Source: Desulfobacterales bacterium (GTDB lineage: Bacteria; Desulfobacterota; Desulfobacteria; Desulfobacterales; UBA5616). From it: DNA of 64,000 nt. The stretch lies in NCBI GenBank assembly GCA_046483495.1, contig JAWODC010000026.1, positions 1 through 64,000 on the forward strand, given 5' to 3'. A program made the translations under genes and the position numbers. Shown piece after piece: positions 38,054 to 48,572 of the stretch. The first letter of the stretch is position 1. Every line of letters begins with the position of its first letter. The notes under the pieces were generated by a model. It was not told the origin of the DNA. It saw only the letters and a program-made list of their open reading frames with translations, and made no database searches.

Positions 38054-40624
38054 ATGGGCCTAAAGGAATATCAGAAAAAAAGACATTTCAACAGAACCGA
38101 GGAGCCGGAAGGAAAAGTGGCATCGAGTCCGTCCGGCCGCCTCTATGTAATTCAAAAGCATGCCGCGAGCCGGCTGCATTATGATTTTCGGTTGGAATTG
38201 AACGGCGTCCTGAAGAGCTGGGCCGTTCCGAAAGGGCCGAGCCTGAACCCGTCTGAAAAGCATCTTGCCGTTCACGTGGAAGACCACCCCATCGAATACG
38301 GTGATTTCGAAGGCGTTATTCCCGAGGATCAGTATGGCGGCGGAACGGTCATGGTGTGGGACAAGGGGGAATGGGAGCCCTTGGGGGACCCGCAAGAGGG
38401 ATACGAGCAGGGTAAGCTGAAATTTCGCTTGAAGGGCAAAAAGCTGAAAGGGGAATGGGTGCTGGCTAGAATGTCTGAAAAGAGCGGTGAAACAGGCAGA
38501 AATTGGCTTCTGATGAAAAAGAAGGACGACTATGCCCGAAAGGATTCCGATTTTGACGCCGTTAGTGCTGTCTCCGGACGATCGATGGACGAAATTGCAC
38601 GGGATCGGGATCGTGTATGGTCCTCCTCGGAGGCAACCGGCCCTTCCGCTTCAACTTCCTCCAACCCGTCGGAAGAACTCCCAACGGATATCGCCTCTCT
38701 ACCCGGCATACGCCGGCAGGCATTTCCCCGAAAGGCCGCACCTCAGTTGGCGACGCTTGTCAAGAGTGTTCCGGAGAATGATGACTGGCTCCATGAAGTC
38801 AAATACGACGGTTACCGAATTCTTGCATTCAAAACGAATTCAGGGGTGCGTCTGCTTACGCGCAATGAAAAGGACTGGACCCATCGGTTCCCTTTACTGG
38901 AGAAGGAAATCGCGGCATTGCCGTTTGAAGATTTTCTTATGGATGGGGAAATCGTTGTCATGAGATCCGATGGAAGGACGGATTTTCAGGCCCTGCAGAA
39001 TATGCTCAAGGGAATCTCTACCGGCCGGATGGTTTACTTTGCATTCGATCTCATTTATTTCATGGGTTACGATCTTTCCCGGACACCGCTGATTCACCGA
39101 AAAGAACTCTTGCGCAGCATTGTCGATTCCGTCCCCTCGAAAGATGTGCTGCGATTCTCAGAACATATTCGAGGGCGTGGAGGCGCCGTTTATCAAGAGG
39201 CTTGCCGGCATAAGCTGGAAGGAATCGTTTCCAAGCGGATCGACAGCCCCTATCGGCAGCAGCGGTCTCGGGATTGGGTCAAATCCAAGTGCCTGAACCG
39301 CCAGGAATTCGTTGTCGCCGGGTTCACCCGGCCATCCGGTTCACGCACAGGGTTCGGCGCCCTGCTGCTCGCCGTCTACTCGGATTCCGGGGAACTGATG
39401 TATGCCGGACGGGTGGGAACCGGTTTCAATGAAAAGACGCTGCAGGAGCTTTCCGAAAGGCTCAAGGCCTTGGAACAGCGCACTGCTCCGGTTAGCAACC
39501 CCCCTGCCGGTTCGGAAGCGAAAGGGGTGCATTGGGTCAAGCCCGGTCTGGTGGCCGAGGTGGAATTCACTGAATGGACAAACGAGGGTATTCTGCGCCA
39601 TCCGTCCTTTAAAGGAATTCGGGAGGACAAGGATGCCAAAGAGGTCGTTCGGGAAGCCCCCTCGGCCGGTCCGAATGCCAGGACCGATGCGCCGGTTTCC
39701 GGCGACCGGCGGAATACGTCCTCGAGAGGTGCATCGGTTCAGATTGCCGGTGTACGGATCAGCAGCCCGGGCAAAGTTCTTTACCCGGATCAGGGCATCA
39801 CCAAGGCCGAACTGGCCGGGTATTACGAATGGGTTGCCGACCGGATGCTGCCGTACATCGCCGGACGGCCGCTTACACTCGTTCGGTGCCCCCAGGGCCG
39901 GCAAAAAAAATGCTTTTATCAGAAGCATCTGTCCGAACAGCTGCCTGATCCCGTCAAGGGAATTCCCATAAGGGAGAAACAAAAGAAGCGGATGTACATG
40001 ACCATCTCCGATCGGTCCGGGCTAATGGCCCTGGTGCAGCTTGGCGTACTGGAAATACATCCTTGGGGAAGCCGGGAAGATCGGGTGGAGCGTCCGGATA
40101 TCATGACGTTCGATTTAGACCCCGGACCCGGCATCGGACCGGATGACCTGGCCGAGGGATGCCGAATGCTCAAGGCGCAGCTGGAAAATATCGGACTGAC
40201 GAGTTTTTTGAAAACGAGCGGAGGCAAAGGATTCCATGTTGTCGTACCGCTGGTCCGCCGCAGTGAATGGGATGAAATAAAGTCGTTTTCCGGAGCCGTC
40301 GCCAAACATCTTGCACGCAATCATCCTGACACATTTACAGCCGTTATGAGCAAGGCCAAAAGGCATAATAAACTGTTTGTCGATTATCTGCGAAACGCCC
40401 GCGGTGCGACGAGCGTGGCACCCTTTTCGACCCGGGCCCGTCCCGGTGCACCGGTTTCCACCCCCATCGGATGGGACGAACTCGGCAACACCGCACCGGA
40501 TGCCTATACCGTTAAAAACCTGCCCGCCCGCTTAAAAAGCGAAAAAAAGGACCCGTGGTCGGATTTTTTCAGCATCAGGCAATCCGTTACCGTACCTATG
40601 AAAAAAAAGTTCGGGTTGCGTTAG
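38054..40624 (+). CDS. ligD: DNA ligase D (phosphoesterase-ligase-polymerase)
   Basis: PE 'QKHAASRLHYDFRLE…SWAVPKGP'; LIG 'EVKYDGYR', 'EGIVSK', 'LRHPSFKG'; POL 'FDLDP', 'KTSGGKGFH', 'DYLRN'. Confidence 0.95.
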   Translation: MGLKEYQKKRHFNRTEEPEGKVASSPSGRLYVIQKHAASRLHYDFRLELNGVLKSWAVPKGPSLNPSEKHLAVHVEDHPIEYGDFEGVIPEDQYGGGTVMVWDKGEWEPLGDPQEGYEQGKLKFRLKGKKLKGEWVLARMSEKSGETGRNWLLMKKKDDYARKDSDFDAVSAVSGRSMDEIARDRDRVWSSSEATGPSASTSSNPSEELPTDIASLPGIRRQAFPRKAAPQLATLVKSVPENDDWLHEVKYDGYRILAFKTNSGVRLLTRNEKDWTHRFPLLEKEIAALPFEDFLMDGEIVVMRSDGRTDFQALQNMLKGISTGRMVYFAFDLIYFMGYDLSRTPLIHRKELLRSIVDSVPSKDVLRFSEHIRGRGGAVYQEACRHKLEGIVSKRIDSPYRQQRSRDWVKSKCLNRQEFVVAGFTRPSGSRTGFGALLLAVYSDSGELMYAGRVGTGFNEKTLQELSERLKALEQRTAPVSNPPAGSEAKGVHWVKPGLVAEVEFTEWTNEGILRHPSFKGIREDKDAKEVVREAPSAGPNARTDAPVSGDRRNTSSRGASVQIAGVRISSPGKVLYPDQGITKAELAGYYEWVADRMLPYIAGRPLTLVRCPQGRQKKCFYQKHLSEQLPDPVKGIPIREKQKKRMYMTISDRSGLMALVQLGVLEIHPWGSREDRVERPDIMTFDLDPGPGIGPDDLAEGCRMLKAQLENIGLTSFLKTSGGKGFHVVVPLVRRSEWDEIKSFSGAVAKHLARNHPDTFTAVMSKAKRHNKLFVDYLRNARGATSVAPFSTRARPGAPVSTPIGWDELGNTAPDAYTVKNLPARLKSEKKDPWSDFFSIRQSVTVPMKKKFGLR

Positions 40625-41042
40625 ACCGCTGCCACATACAGCCGTTTTGAAATCCGAAGCCGACCCCGCCCCGATCACATTCCTGATCGAAGTTGCCGCT
40701 GCTGAAAAGAGTAAAACCGGTTCTAAGGGTTTCCTACCATACACTTTACGTATTCCAAAGTATTTTCAATGTTCATCTTGATACGTAATGTTTGCCTAAG
40801 CACGGGGCTCTGGCTCATTGGCGGTGAACTCGGGAGGCGTTCCCAGTGAGCAGGTCATTGAAAGGCATGTGAAGGAAAAGGGTAGGGAGTAACGTCAGGA
40901 AATTGAAGGCACTCACCCGATAGAGCGTTTTCGAAAATAAGCCGTATGTCAACATGAAAAGAACGTGTGCCGCTCTTCCGACGAATGCAATGGCGCATAA
41001 GGGCGGCACCGAATTGCGGAATTTAGACCTGAGGAGGAAATC

Positions 41043-41552
41043 ATGAGCAGAATCGCCGTCATTATAACCGATCTTTTTGAGGATGTGGAATATACCGAAC
41101 CGGCCGATGCGTTTCGGAAGGCGGGCCATGAACTGGTCCACGTCGGCCTTGAAAAGGGGGCCACCGTAAAGGGCAAGGCAAAGGGGACGCCTGTTGAAAT
41201 CGACACGTCGGTGGATGAGGCGGCCGTTGATGAATTCGATGCGCTGCTGATCCCGGGAGGCTACTCTCCGGACAAACTTCGGGTGAACGAAAGCGCGGTG
41301 AAGTTTGTCCGAAACTTCGTGGAAAGCAAAAAGCCGGTCTTTTCCATCTGTCACGGTCCCCAGATCCTGATTACCGCCGACGTTATCCGAGGAAGAAAAA
41401 TTACCGGATACCAATCGATTATACAGGATATTAAAAATGCCGGAGCGGATTTTCTGGACCAGGAAGTCGTGGAAGACGGCAACCTTATTTCAAGCCGAAA
41501 TCCGAACGACATTCCACGCTTTATCGAAGCTTCGCTATCAAGGCTCTCATAG
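41043..41552 (+). CDS. PfpI/DJ-1 family protein (YhbO/general stress protein 18-like)
   Basis: 'FEDVE', 'IPGGYSPD', 'ICHGP', 'ISSRNPND'; GAGGAGG RBS. Confidence 0.92.
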   Translation: MSRIAVIITDLFEDVEYTEPADAFRKAGHELVHVGLEKGATVKGKAKGTPVEIDTSVDEAAVDEFDALLIPGGYSPDKLRVNESAVKFVRNFVESKKPVFSICHGPQILITADVIRGRKITGYQSIIQDIKNAGADFLDQEVVEDGNLISSRNPNDIPRFIEASLSRLS

Positions 41553-41611
41553 ATGAGATAAAAGCTGCCGGCTTTTCGGAAACCGAAAGCAAAACAAATT
41601 GAGAAAGGAGG

Positions 41612-42079
41612 ATGGAAATGCTGCCTTCGACATCCACCCGTGTGGCCGAACACACGTCGGATCATATCAATCAGCAGATCCGAGAGCTGACCGTACAAAA
41701 CGTCCGCGAGTGTGCGGCGAGGGGCTCTATCGCCATCAATAAGCGTCTTGTCGAGTTGGACGATGAGTGGGACATCGAAAGGACACTTGAAGCAAATGCG
41801 GCCACGTTCGCACTACTCGGTTTGGGACTTGGTACGCTTGTCAATAAAAAATGGTACATTCTGCCGGCCGTGGTTGCGGGATTTCTGCTCCAGCATGCCC
41901 TTCAGGGGTGGTGCCCGCCCGTGCCGGTGTTTCGCCGATTGGGAATTCGCACGGCCGAAGAAATTCATCAGGAAAAATATGCACTCAAGGCACTGCGGGG
42001 TGATTTCGGCCCGGTATATGAGAAAGCCCCCCATCAGAAGGCCGACTACGAGAAGGCGATAACCGCCGCTATGGCATGA
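41612..42079 (+). CDS. DUF2892-like membrane protein
   Basis: 'EWDIERTLE', 'FLLQHALQGWCPP'; AAGGAGG RBS. Confidence 0.8.
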   Translation: MEMLPSTSTRVAEHTSDHINQQIRELTVQNVRECAARGSIAINKRLVELDDEWDIERTLEANAATFALLGLGLGTLVNKKWYILPAVVAGFLLQHALQGWCPPVPVFRRLGIRTAEEIHQEKYALKALRGDFGPVYEKAPHQKADYEKAITAAMA

Positions 42080-42155
42080 ATCCGAAATTGAGGATTCGGC
42101 GTCATGCCATATAAAAAGGGGTTGCAGCCGCTAAAAGGCGGCGGCATCATTGTGG

Positions 42156-42425
42156 CTACGTTCGGTCGGACCCCGCCACTTTAACGATTTTATTGTAGAC
42201 GCCGAAAAGTAGAAAAGGGGCGACCCACTGGCCGACAAACCGGCTTTTTTCTTCGTGGCCGGTGATTTCAAGATAAAGGGACACCGCGATCGAGCTCATT
42301 GCAGCCCAGAGAAACAGATCCGACGGCAGCTTTGCCACCTGGTATTCAATGGTACGGGCGACCTTGCCCTCCGAGTGCTGCAGGGCTTCCTTATCCGGGG
42401 ATGTTTTTTTAAACAGAGTGCTCAT
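42156..42425 (-). CDS. Small conserved membrane protein, unknown function
   Basis: AAGGAG RBS; 'KLPSDLFLWAA…FVGQWVAPFLLFGVYNK'. Confidence 0.75.
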   Translation of the reverse strand: MSTLFKKTSPDKEALQHSEGKVARTIEYQVAKLPSDLFLWAAMSSIAVSLYLEITGHEEKSRFVGQWVAPFLLFGVYNKIVKVAGSDRT

Positions 42426-42579
42426 GTTGAACTCCTTTTCATTGGTGTGATGATTGGTCTTGCCTCTACTATAATTTTTGGAGCATTGGATTGATATACG
42501 GCGAAATCCTTATTTTGATATTCTGCATTAGGTACCGGTTTTCACCGGCAGGCATAAAGCATAGCTAAACATTCGCCGC

Positions 42580-43737
42580 ATGAGACATCAAAATAAACTC
42601 AGAGCCGGAATCAGCAGAATTCTTCACATTCTGGCAGATCCTGCAAAGACCGACCGTGGCCGGGGTGGCATTGTCATTCAAACATACCGGGGGTTCGGTT
42701 CGGCGGCGGAGGGTTTTCTAATCGGCCGGGTTTTTCGACAGGATCCAAGAACCGTCCGAACGTCCGACCGGACGCTTATCCGGGACATTGTCGATTTGCT
42801 GCGGCGTCTTTTTCGTAAAGGCATCTCTCAGGCCGAATTAACCGTCCGCTTTCATCGAACAGTCGTCCCCATAACCGCCGATAAACGGGGATATTTTCAA
42901 GCCCATTTTCATTATCAGGGTCAAGGCGATTCAAGAAATCTCTGGAAGCCCGTCCATGTCGACCTGATTCATCCGGCAGGTTCGGCGGCCGGCACAATGG
43001 GCCGCATATTCGTTCCACCATCAACGGCTCGATTTGCAGTGATCAGCGATATCGACGACACGGTTGTTTTTACCGGTGTCGCCGACAAGTTGATGATGGT
43101 CTGGCGCCTGTTCATGCATGACGCGCGCAATCGAACGGCATTTCCCGGAGTCGGTGCGCTCTACAGGGCCTTCCATTACGGCGCTTCCGGAGCTGACATC
43201 AACCCGATGCTTTATGTTTCCCGGGGCCCTTGGAGCATTTATGAGGTGCTCGATGAATTCTTCAATTTTCATGGTATTCCGGTCGGGCCTATTCTGTTTC
43301 TTCGAGACTGGGGGATTTCACTTTGGCGTCCCTTTCCTCGGCCGGCAAAAGGTCACAAACTGGCATTGATCCGGCGCATGTTGGCGCTGTATCACGATTT
43401 GCCCTTCATCCTGATCGGCGACAGCGGGCAGCGGGACCCCGAGATTTATACAGAGATCGTTCGAATGAATCCGGGCCGAGTCCTTGCCGTCTATATTCGT
43501 AATCTAAATGCAGGCGCTCTTCGGAACCGGGCGATCGAGAAACTTGCCAGGGATGTTAATGCAGCGGCGAGTACAATGCTGCTTGCTGCGGACAGCTACG
43601 AAATGGCGGCTCACGCTGCGGACCAAGGCTATATTTCTTCCGCCGCATTATCGGAAATGCTCGAAGAGCGACGAAAGAAAAATGTTGACGTGCGTTGCGG
43701 ACGAATGCCGGTGAGGACCGGGAATCGGTTTTTATAG
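42580..43737 (+). CDS. App1-like phosphatidate phosphatase (DUF2183)
   Basis: HAD-type 'ISDIDDT', 'YVSRGPW', 'LIGDSGQRDPEIY'. Confidence 0.85.
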   Translation: MRHQNKLRAGISRILHILADPAKTDRGRGGIVIQTYRGFGSAAEGFLIGRVFRQDPRTVRTSDRTLIRDIVDLLRRLFRKGISQAELTVRFHRTVVPITADKRGYFQAHFHYQGQGDSRNLWKPVHVDLIHPAGSAAGTMGRIFVPPSTARFAVISDIDDTVVFTGVADKLMMVWRLFMHDARNRTAFPGVGALYRAFHYGASGADINPMLYVSRGPWSIYEVLDEFFNFHGIPVGPILFLRDWGISLWRPFPRPAKGHKLALIRRMLALYHDLPFILIGDSGQRDPEIYTEIVRMNPGRVLAVYIRNLNAGALRNRAIEKLARDVNAAASTMLLAADSYEMAAHAADQGYISSAALSEMLEERRKKNVDVRCGRMPVRTGNRFL

Positions 43738-43890
43738 AAACAAAAATTGTCAAATTTTTATTAACCCGGACTTCTTCGCATTTTCCGGCCGGTAATGAGG
43801 TTTTGCCCCTATATACAACCGGTGCCGCAATTCCTTATGGTGAACATGGACCAGGCAAGTTCATCATTTAATAAAAGGAGGTGATTAAAC

Positions 43891-44196
43891 ATGGTACGAC
43901 CCTGGATCAATGTACTGGCAGGTGCATGGGCGTTCTTTTCGGCCTTCTGGTATTACATGCTGCAGCCGATCAACTTTTTTATACTGGGCGTCATCATAGC
44001 GATATTCGGATTTTGGACCTATCGCAAGGAATGGCAGGGGATCGTCAACGGCATCATCGGCTTATGGCTCATTCTTTCGGCATTTGTTCCTTCTTTGATT
44101 GCCCAATGGAATCTGCTCATATCCGGACTGGTCGTCATAGCACTTGCCGTATGGCGAATGTTCAGGACCCGGAGACCGCGACCGGTTGCGGGATAG
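43891..44196 (+). CDS. SPW-repeat-like membrane protein
   Basis: AAGGAGGTGA RBS; duplicated 'WxNxxxGxWxxxS' helical hairpin. Confidence 0.75.
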   Translation: MVRPWINVLAGAWAFFSAFWYYMLQPINFFILGVIIAIFGFWTYRKEWQGIVNGIIGLWLILSAFVPSLIAQWNLLISGLVVIALAVWRMFRTRRPRPVAG

Positions 44197-44222
44197 TTTT
44201 TTAAACTGCACCATCAACCCGA

Positions 44223-44257
44223 TTCGGTCAATCCGCCGCAATGGGGGATTGACCGAA
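44223..44257. terminator. 12-bp stem hairpin after the SPW gene
   Basis: TTCGGTCAATCC / GGATTGACCGAA; no U tract. Confidence 0.45.
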
Positions 44258-44602
44258 CGGCGAGCTTCGTCCCCCGAAAATCGTTCGATTGCACCTAACA
44301 GGGAAAGAAGTGTCGATTCAGGGAGTCCTGTTTGCGGTTGGCGTTGGCCTTCGATGCAGTCAGGCAGTGATGACGATTCACCGGAAACGCCCATAACCTG
44401 ATTGGGTGTTATCCCGCGCGAGCTAAACGGAAAGTGCTTTTCCGAAAATGAAAAAAACGAAAGGAAAGAATCAATTTTCATAAGGAAATGCATGCGCCGA
44501 CTACCGAAAAATACGCGCTATAGGCGGCCGCATCGAATGACGGCGGACTGGCGGGGACGGCCGACTCGACGGATGAGGGTTTCGGGCCGGCGGCGATTGG
44601 TG

Positions 44603-45736
44603 ATGTCGATGAAAGGCGCCCGCACACGATTGAGGTGGTACAGGCAGTCCTCCATCCTTGCCCTTGCCATGACGGGCATTCTGCTGATTATGTTTGCACC
44701 GGGGGATGCGGAAATCCCGCCGGAAAACGGGGTCCAAGTGCCTGGTGGCGTCCAAAACCAGCCGGCCGCCGATACCCGGGAAAGTACGGAAGAAGCCATA
44801 GGGACCGTCCGGCAATTGTGGGAAAGCTTCCTGGTGAATTTGCCGAAAATAATTGTAGCGATTGCCGTTTTAAGCGCGGCCTGGCTGATCGTTCGGCTGA
44901 TCCGGGCCGTTCTCCGGAAACTGCTGAAACGCTGGGAGCGATTCAATGCCGTTGCCGCCGTCACCGGGGTGATTGTTTGGCTTTTGGCGGTGGGTGTGGT
45001 GTTGAGCATTCTTGCGGGTGATATTCGGGCGCTGGTCGGATCACTGGGATTGATCGGCCTGGCTCTTTCATGGGCGCTGCAGACCCCCATCGAAAGCTTT
45101 ACCGGCTGGCTGCTGAATTCATTCAAGGGATATTATCGGGTGGGAGACCGCATTCTGGTCGGAGACGTGTTCGGCGATGTGTACCATATCGATTTTCTAA
45201 CCACCACGGTTTGGGAAATCGGCGATCCTCACCGGCCCGGCTTCGTTCTTGCAGAGCAGCCGACCGGCCGACTTGTGACATTTCCGAATAATGAAGTGCT
45301 CGCCGGCCCATTGTTCAATATGACCCGCGATTTTCCTTTTGTTTGGGACGAAATGGCCGTTCAAATCGCCAATGAATCGGATTTGGAGTACGCCATGGGC
45401 GTATTTCAGAATCTGGCCGAAAACATGCTGAAAAATTACATGGTAGAGCCTGCCCGCCTTTACAGCCAGATTTTACGGCGGGAAGGCATTATCGATTCCG
45501 TTCCCGAAGCGCCTCAGGTGTTCGTTTCCATGTCGGAATCCTGGACCGATTTACGTATCCGATACCTGGTCAATGCCCGTGAACGGCGGAAATGGAAGAG
45601 CATGTTATGGGCTGCTGTTCACCGCGAGCTGCGCGATGCGAAACATGCAACCCGCATCGTACCGGTCTACACCCGGCGGCAGCTGCAGTTCATCGGTCCC
45701 GACGGCAAGCCGGTGGAAACGGCGGATACGTCCTGA
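44603..45736 (+). CDS. MscS family mechanosensitive channel
   Basis: 'GSLGLIGLALSWALQ', 'YRVGDRI…GDVYHI', 'FPNN'; start uncertain. Confidence 0.85.
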   Translation: MSMKGARTRLRWYRQSSILALAMTGILLIMFAPGDAEIPPENGVQVPGGVQNQPAADTRESTEEAIGTVRQLWESFLVNLPKIIVAIAVLSAAWLIVRLIRAVLRKLLKRWERFNAVAAVTGVIVWLLAVGVVLSILAGDIRALVGSLGLIGLALSWALQTPIESFTGWLLNSFKGYYRVGDRILVGDVFGDVYHIDFLTTTVWEIGDPHRPGFVLAEQPTGRLVTFPNNEVLAGPLFNMTRDFPFVWDEMAVQIANESDLEYAMGVFQNLAENMLKNYMVEPARLYSQILRREGIIDSVPEAPQVFVSMSESWTDLRIRYLVNARERRKWKSMLWAAVHRELRDAKHATRIVPVYTRRQLQFIGPDGKPVETADTS

Positions 45737-45911
45737 AATTCAGCGGGGAACCCTGAACCCGACCTTTTTATACAGGATTTTGCGTTTAAAAATCCATAAA
45801 CGGCCTTATTTTTTTCCCCATACTCCTTTGAAAGAATTGAATACCTGAAAGTGACCGGCTAAGGCGGTAAACCGCAAACAAGGGTGTGTCGGCAGATGAA
45901 AGGAGGATAAG

Positions 45912-46166
45912 ATGCCTAAAAATCATGGTTCGCAGATCAAGGATGACGAACAGTATGAAACACTTCGAAAACAGGGCATGAGCAAGGAAAAAGCGGCGAG
46001 GATAGCAAATACCCCCCGCAAAAAGGCGGGGAAAAAAGGCGGAACATCACCCAAGTACGAAGAGTGGCGAAAATCGGATCTGTATGAACGCGCCAAAGAA
46101 ATCGGCATCGAAGGCCGTTCCAAAATGAACAAAAGTGAATTGATTGACAGCATTCGGAATCATTGA
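45912..46166 (+). CDS. Small basic protein with Rho-N-terminal-like domain
   Basis: AAGGAGG RBS; 'YETLRKQGMSKEKAARIAN', 'LYERAKEIGIEGRSKMNKSELI'. Confidence 0.85.
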   Translation: MPKNHGSQIKDDEQYETLRKQGMSKEKAARIANTPRKKAGKKGGTSPKYEEWRKSDLYERAKEIGIEGRSKMNKSELIDSIRNH

Positions 46167-46190
46167 GTCCGACTTGCGGAAGCGGCATCG

Positions 46191-47195
46191 ATGAAATCGG
46201 TCATCAGGCAGGACAAAGCATTGAACCGATGGGTTATTTTTTCTACATTGCGTGGAAAAAGACCACACGAGTTCAAGAAGAAAACGAAACGGGCCAAATC
46301 GCTTCCCGAATATGACCTCCATTGCCCGTTCTGCCCGGGAAATGAGCACATGCTCGATGAAATCCTGCTTCAGGATGCCGGAGACAATTCCTATGGGTGG
46401 CAGACGCGGGTCGTGCCCAATAAATATCCCGCGCTTCTGCCGGAAGGGAATACGCATCGAAGGGAAGAGGGGATTTATCTGTCGATGGACGGATACGGCA
46501 GGCACGAGGTGATTATCGAAAGCCCCGGCCACCGCAGGCAAATTGCACTGCTTCCTCCGGAGGCCGTTCGAAAGGTCATCGAGGTTTACCATCGCCGGTA
46601 CGTGCAGCTGATGGAAACGAATGAAAACAGCTTCGTGGTCATATTCCGGAATCATGGGCCCGGTGCGGGAACTTCCCTGATACATCCCCACTCACAGATT
46701 ATCGCGACGGGTATCGTTCCGGGATATGTCCGGTTCAGGGAGGATCAGGCACAGCGGTATTATGATACGTGGGGCCGCTGCGTGTACTGCGAGATGCTGG
46801 CTTTCGAGGCGCAGGAGGGCACACGTGTTCTCGAGGAAAACGATACGTTTCTCGCCTTTATTCCGTTTGCGGCGGAGGTCCCCTTTGAGATATGGATCTT
46901 GCCGAAGTGTCACCAGGCCGATTTCGGGACGATTACGGAAACGGAAAAAGACCGGCTTGCCGAAATGATGGGTCGTCTTTTGAAGAATGTATATGAAAAG
47001 CTGAATGACCCGGACTACAATTATATCATCAGAACGGCGCCGCGATACAAATCCGGTGAACCGCATCTGCACTGGTTCCTGCAGATCAGGCCGCGTCTCA
47101 CTATGCAGGCCGGATTCGAGATCGGATCCGGCATCAGCATCAACCCCTCCCTTCCGGAGCAGGATGCGGAATATCTGAGAAGTGCATCGGCTTAG
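46191..47195 (+). CDS. galT: Galactose-1-phosphate uridylyltransferase family (HIT) enzyme
   Basis: CPFCPGNE, 'NKYPAL', 'HEVIIE', 'GAGTSLIHPHSQ'. Confidence 0.88.
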   Translation: MKSVIRQDKALNRWVIFSTLRGKRPHEFKKKTKRAKSLPEYDLHCPFCPGNEHMLDEILLQDAGDNSYGWQTRVVPNKYPALLPEGNTHRREEGIYLSMDGYGRHEVIIESPGHRRQIALLPPEAVRKVIEVYHRRYVQLMETNENSFVVIFRNHGPGAGTSLIHPHSQIIATGIVPGYVRFREDQAQRYYDTWGRCVYCEMLAFEAQEGTRVLEENDTFLAFIPFAAEVPFEIWILPKCHQADFGTITETEKDRLAEMMGRLLKNVYEKLNDPDYNYIIRTAPRYKSGEPHLHWFLQIRPRLTMQAGFEIGSGISINPSLPEQDAEYLRSASA

Positions 47196-47256
47196 ATGAC
47201 GCATATGCAGGATCAGATTCACCGGACGCCTCGGACCCGTCATTAAGGAGATTACT

Positions 47257-48495
47257 ATGATCGGATGTACAAAAATGGTCGGGCTGGAAGATTACGAGCC
47301 CCTTATCGGTGCCGAAACGATGGACCGCATCTTTCAAAAGGCCGAACCCCTGAAGGATCTTCATATCGCCAATGTCAATTCGACGTACTATGGCGGAGGG
47401 GTGGCCGAACTCTTAGGATCGCTGACGGTCCTGATGAATACCATCGGCATTAAAACCGGGTGGCGCGTCTTGCAGGGATCTCCGGATTTTTTCAGCATTA
47501 CAAAAAAGATGCACAACGCCCTGCATGGGTACGATATCAATCTCAGCGACCATAAAATGCAGAATTTTGAAGACGTCGTCTGCCAGAATGCGATCCGTAA
47601 CCATTTAAACCATGATGTCGTCATCATCCATGATCCGCAGCCGCTCCCCATGATCATGCATTACCGCAAATACGGCCCTTGGATCTGGCGATGCCATGTC
47701 GACCTGACTTCACCGAACCGCGAGGTGTGGAACTACCTCGAACCGTTTATCGAGAAATACGATGCGGTGATCGTGAGTATAAAAGAATATGCTCAGAACC
47801 TGAAAACACCGCAGTTTTTCTTCATGCCGGCCATTGACCCTTTTTCCATAACCAACCGCGACTTCAGCGAAGAGGAAATCCAGGAACGGCTGGATCATTA
47901 CGGCATACCCACGGACCTGCCGCTGGTGGTGCAGGTTTCCCGGTTCGATCGGTGGAAAGATCCGAGAGGGGTGGTGGAGGCCTTTCAGATCGCCCGGCGG
48001 GAAGTGGACGCAACGCTGGTCCTGCTGGGCAATGTAGCCACCGATGATCCGGAGGGAAAAGAAGTCTATGAGTCCCTTTTGAACTGCCAGGAAGAACGCA
48101 TACGGATCATGAGCGTCCAGGATACCGCCCTGGTCAATGCCCTCCAGCGCAAAGCCGCCGTGGTTCTTCAAAAATCGATCCGGGAGGGGTTCGGCCTCAC
48201 GGTCGCGGAGGCGATGTTCAAGGAAGCCGCGGTAATCGGAGGCAACACCGGCGGCATCCGGTATCAGATTGCCGACGGCGTGAACGGATTTTTGGTCAAC
48301 TCGGTGGATGAGGCGGCAAACCGGATTGTCCGGCTTTTAAAAGATGAACCGCTTCGGAAGGAAATGGGGCGCCTGGCGCGGCAAACCGTTATCGAAAAGT
48401 TCCTCCTGACGCGCTACCTGGAGCAGTACCTGGATTTGTTCGGCTCATTCGAAACCATCTACCGCATCAGCAGCCCCTTGAATATGCAAATCTAA
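47257..48495 (+). CDS. Trehalose synthase TreT-like GT4 glycosyltransferase
   Basis: 'NSTYYGGGVAE', 'HDPQP', 'WRCHVD', 'VSRFDRWKD', 'EGFGLTVAE'. Confidence 0.85.
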   Translation: MIGCTKMVGLEDYEPLIGAETMDRIFQKAEPLKDLHIANVNSTYYGGGVAELLGSLTVLMNTIGIKTGWRVLQGSPDFFSITKKMHNALHGYDINLSDHKMQNFEDVVCQNAIRNHLNHDVVIIHDPQPLPMIMHYRKYGPWIWRCHVDLTSPNREVWNYLEPFIEKYDAVIVSIKEYAQNLKTPQFFFMPAIDPFSITNRDFSEEEIQERLDHYGIPTDLPLVVQVSRFDRWKDPRGVVEAFQIARREVDATLVLLGNVATDDPEGKEVYESLLNCQEERIRIMSVQDTALVNALQRKAAVVLQKSIREGFGLTVAEAMFKEAAVIGGNTGGIRYQIADGVNGFLVNSVDEAANRIVRLLKDEPLRKEMGRLARQTVIEKFLLTRYLEQYLDLFGSFETIYRISSPLNMQI

Positions 48496-48572
48496 GCGGG
48501 TGAAGGCGGTTTACATTCACACGATGCGCCAAATCCGACATGCTTTTTCGGTGTTCGTTTGAGGTTTCGTGT

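Noticed and set aside
44402..44602. Arg-rich N-terminal extension of the MscS ORF
   Set aside because: Likely upstream non-coding sequence in an open frame; the real start is probably near 44603
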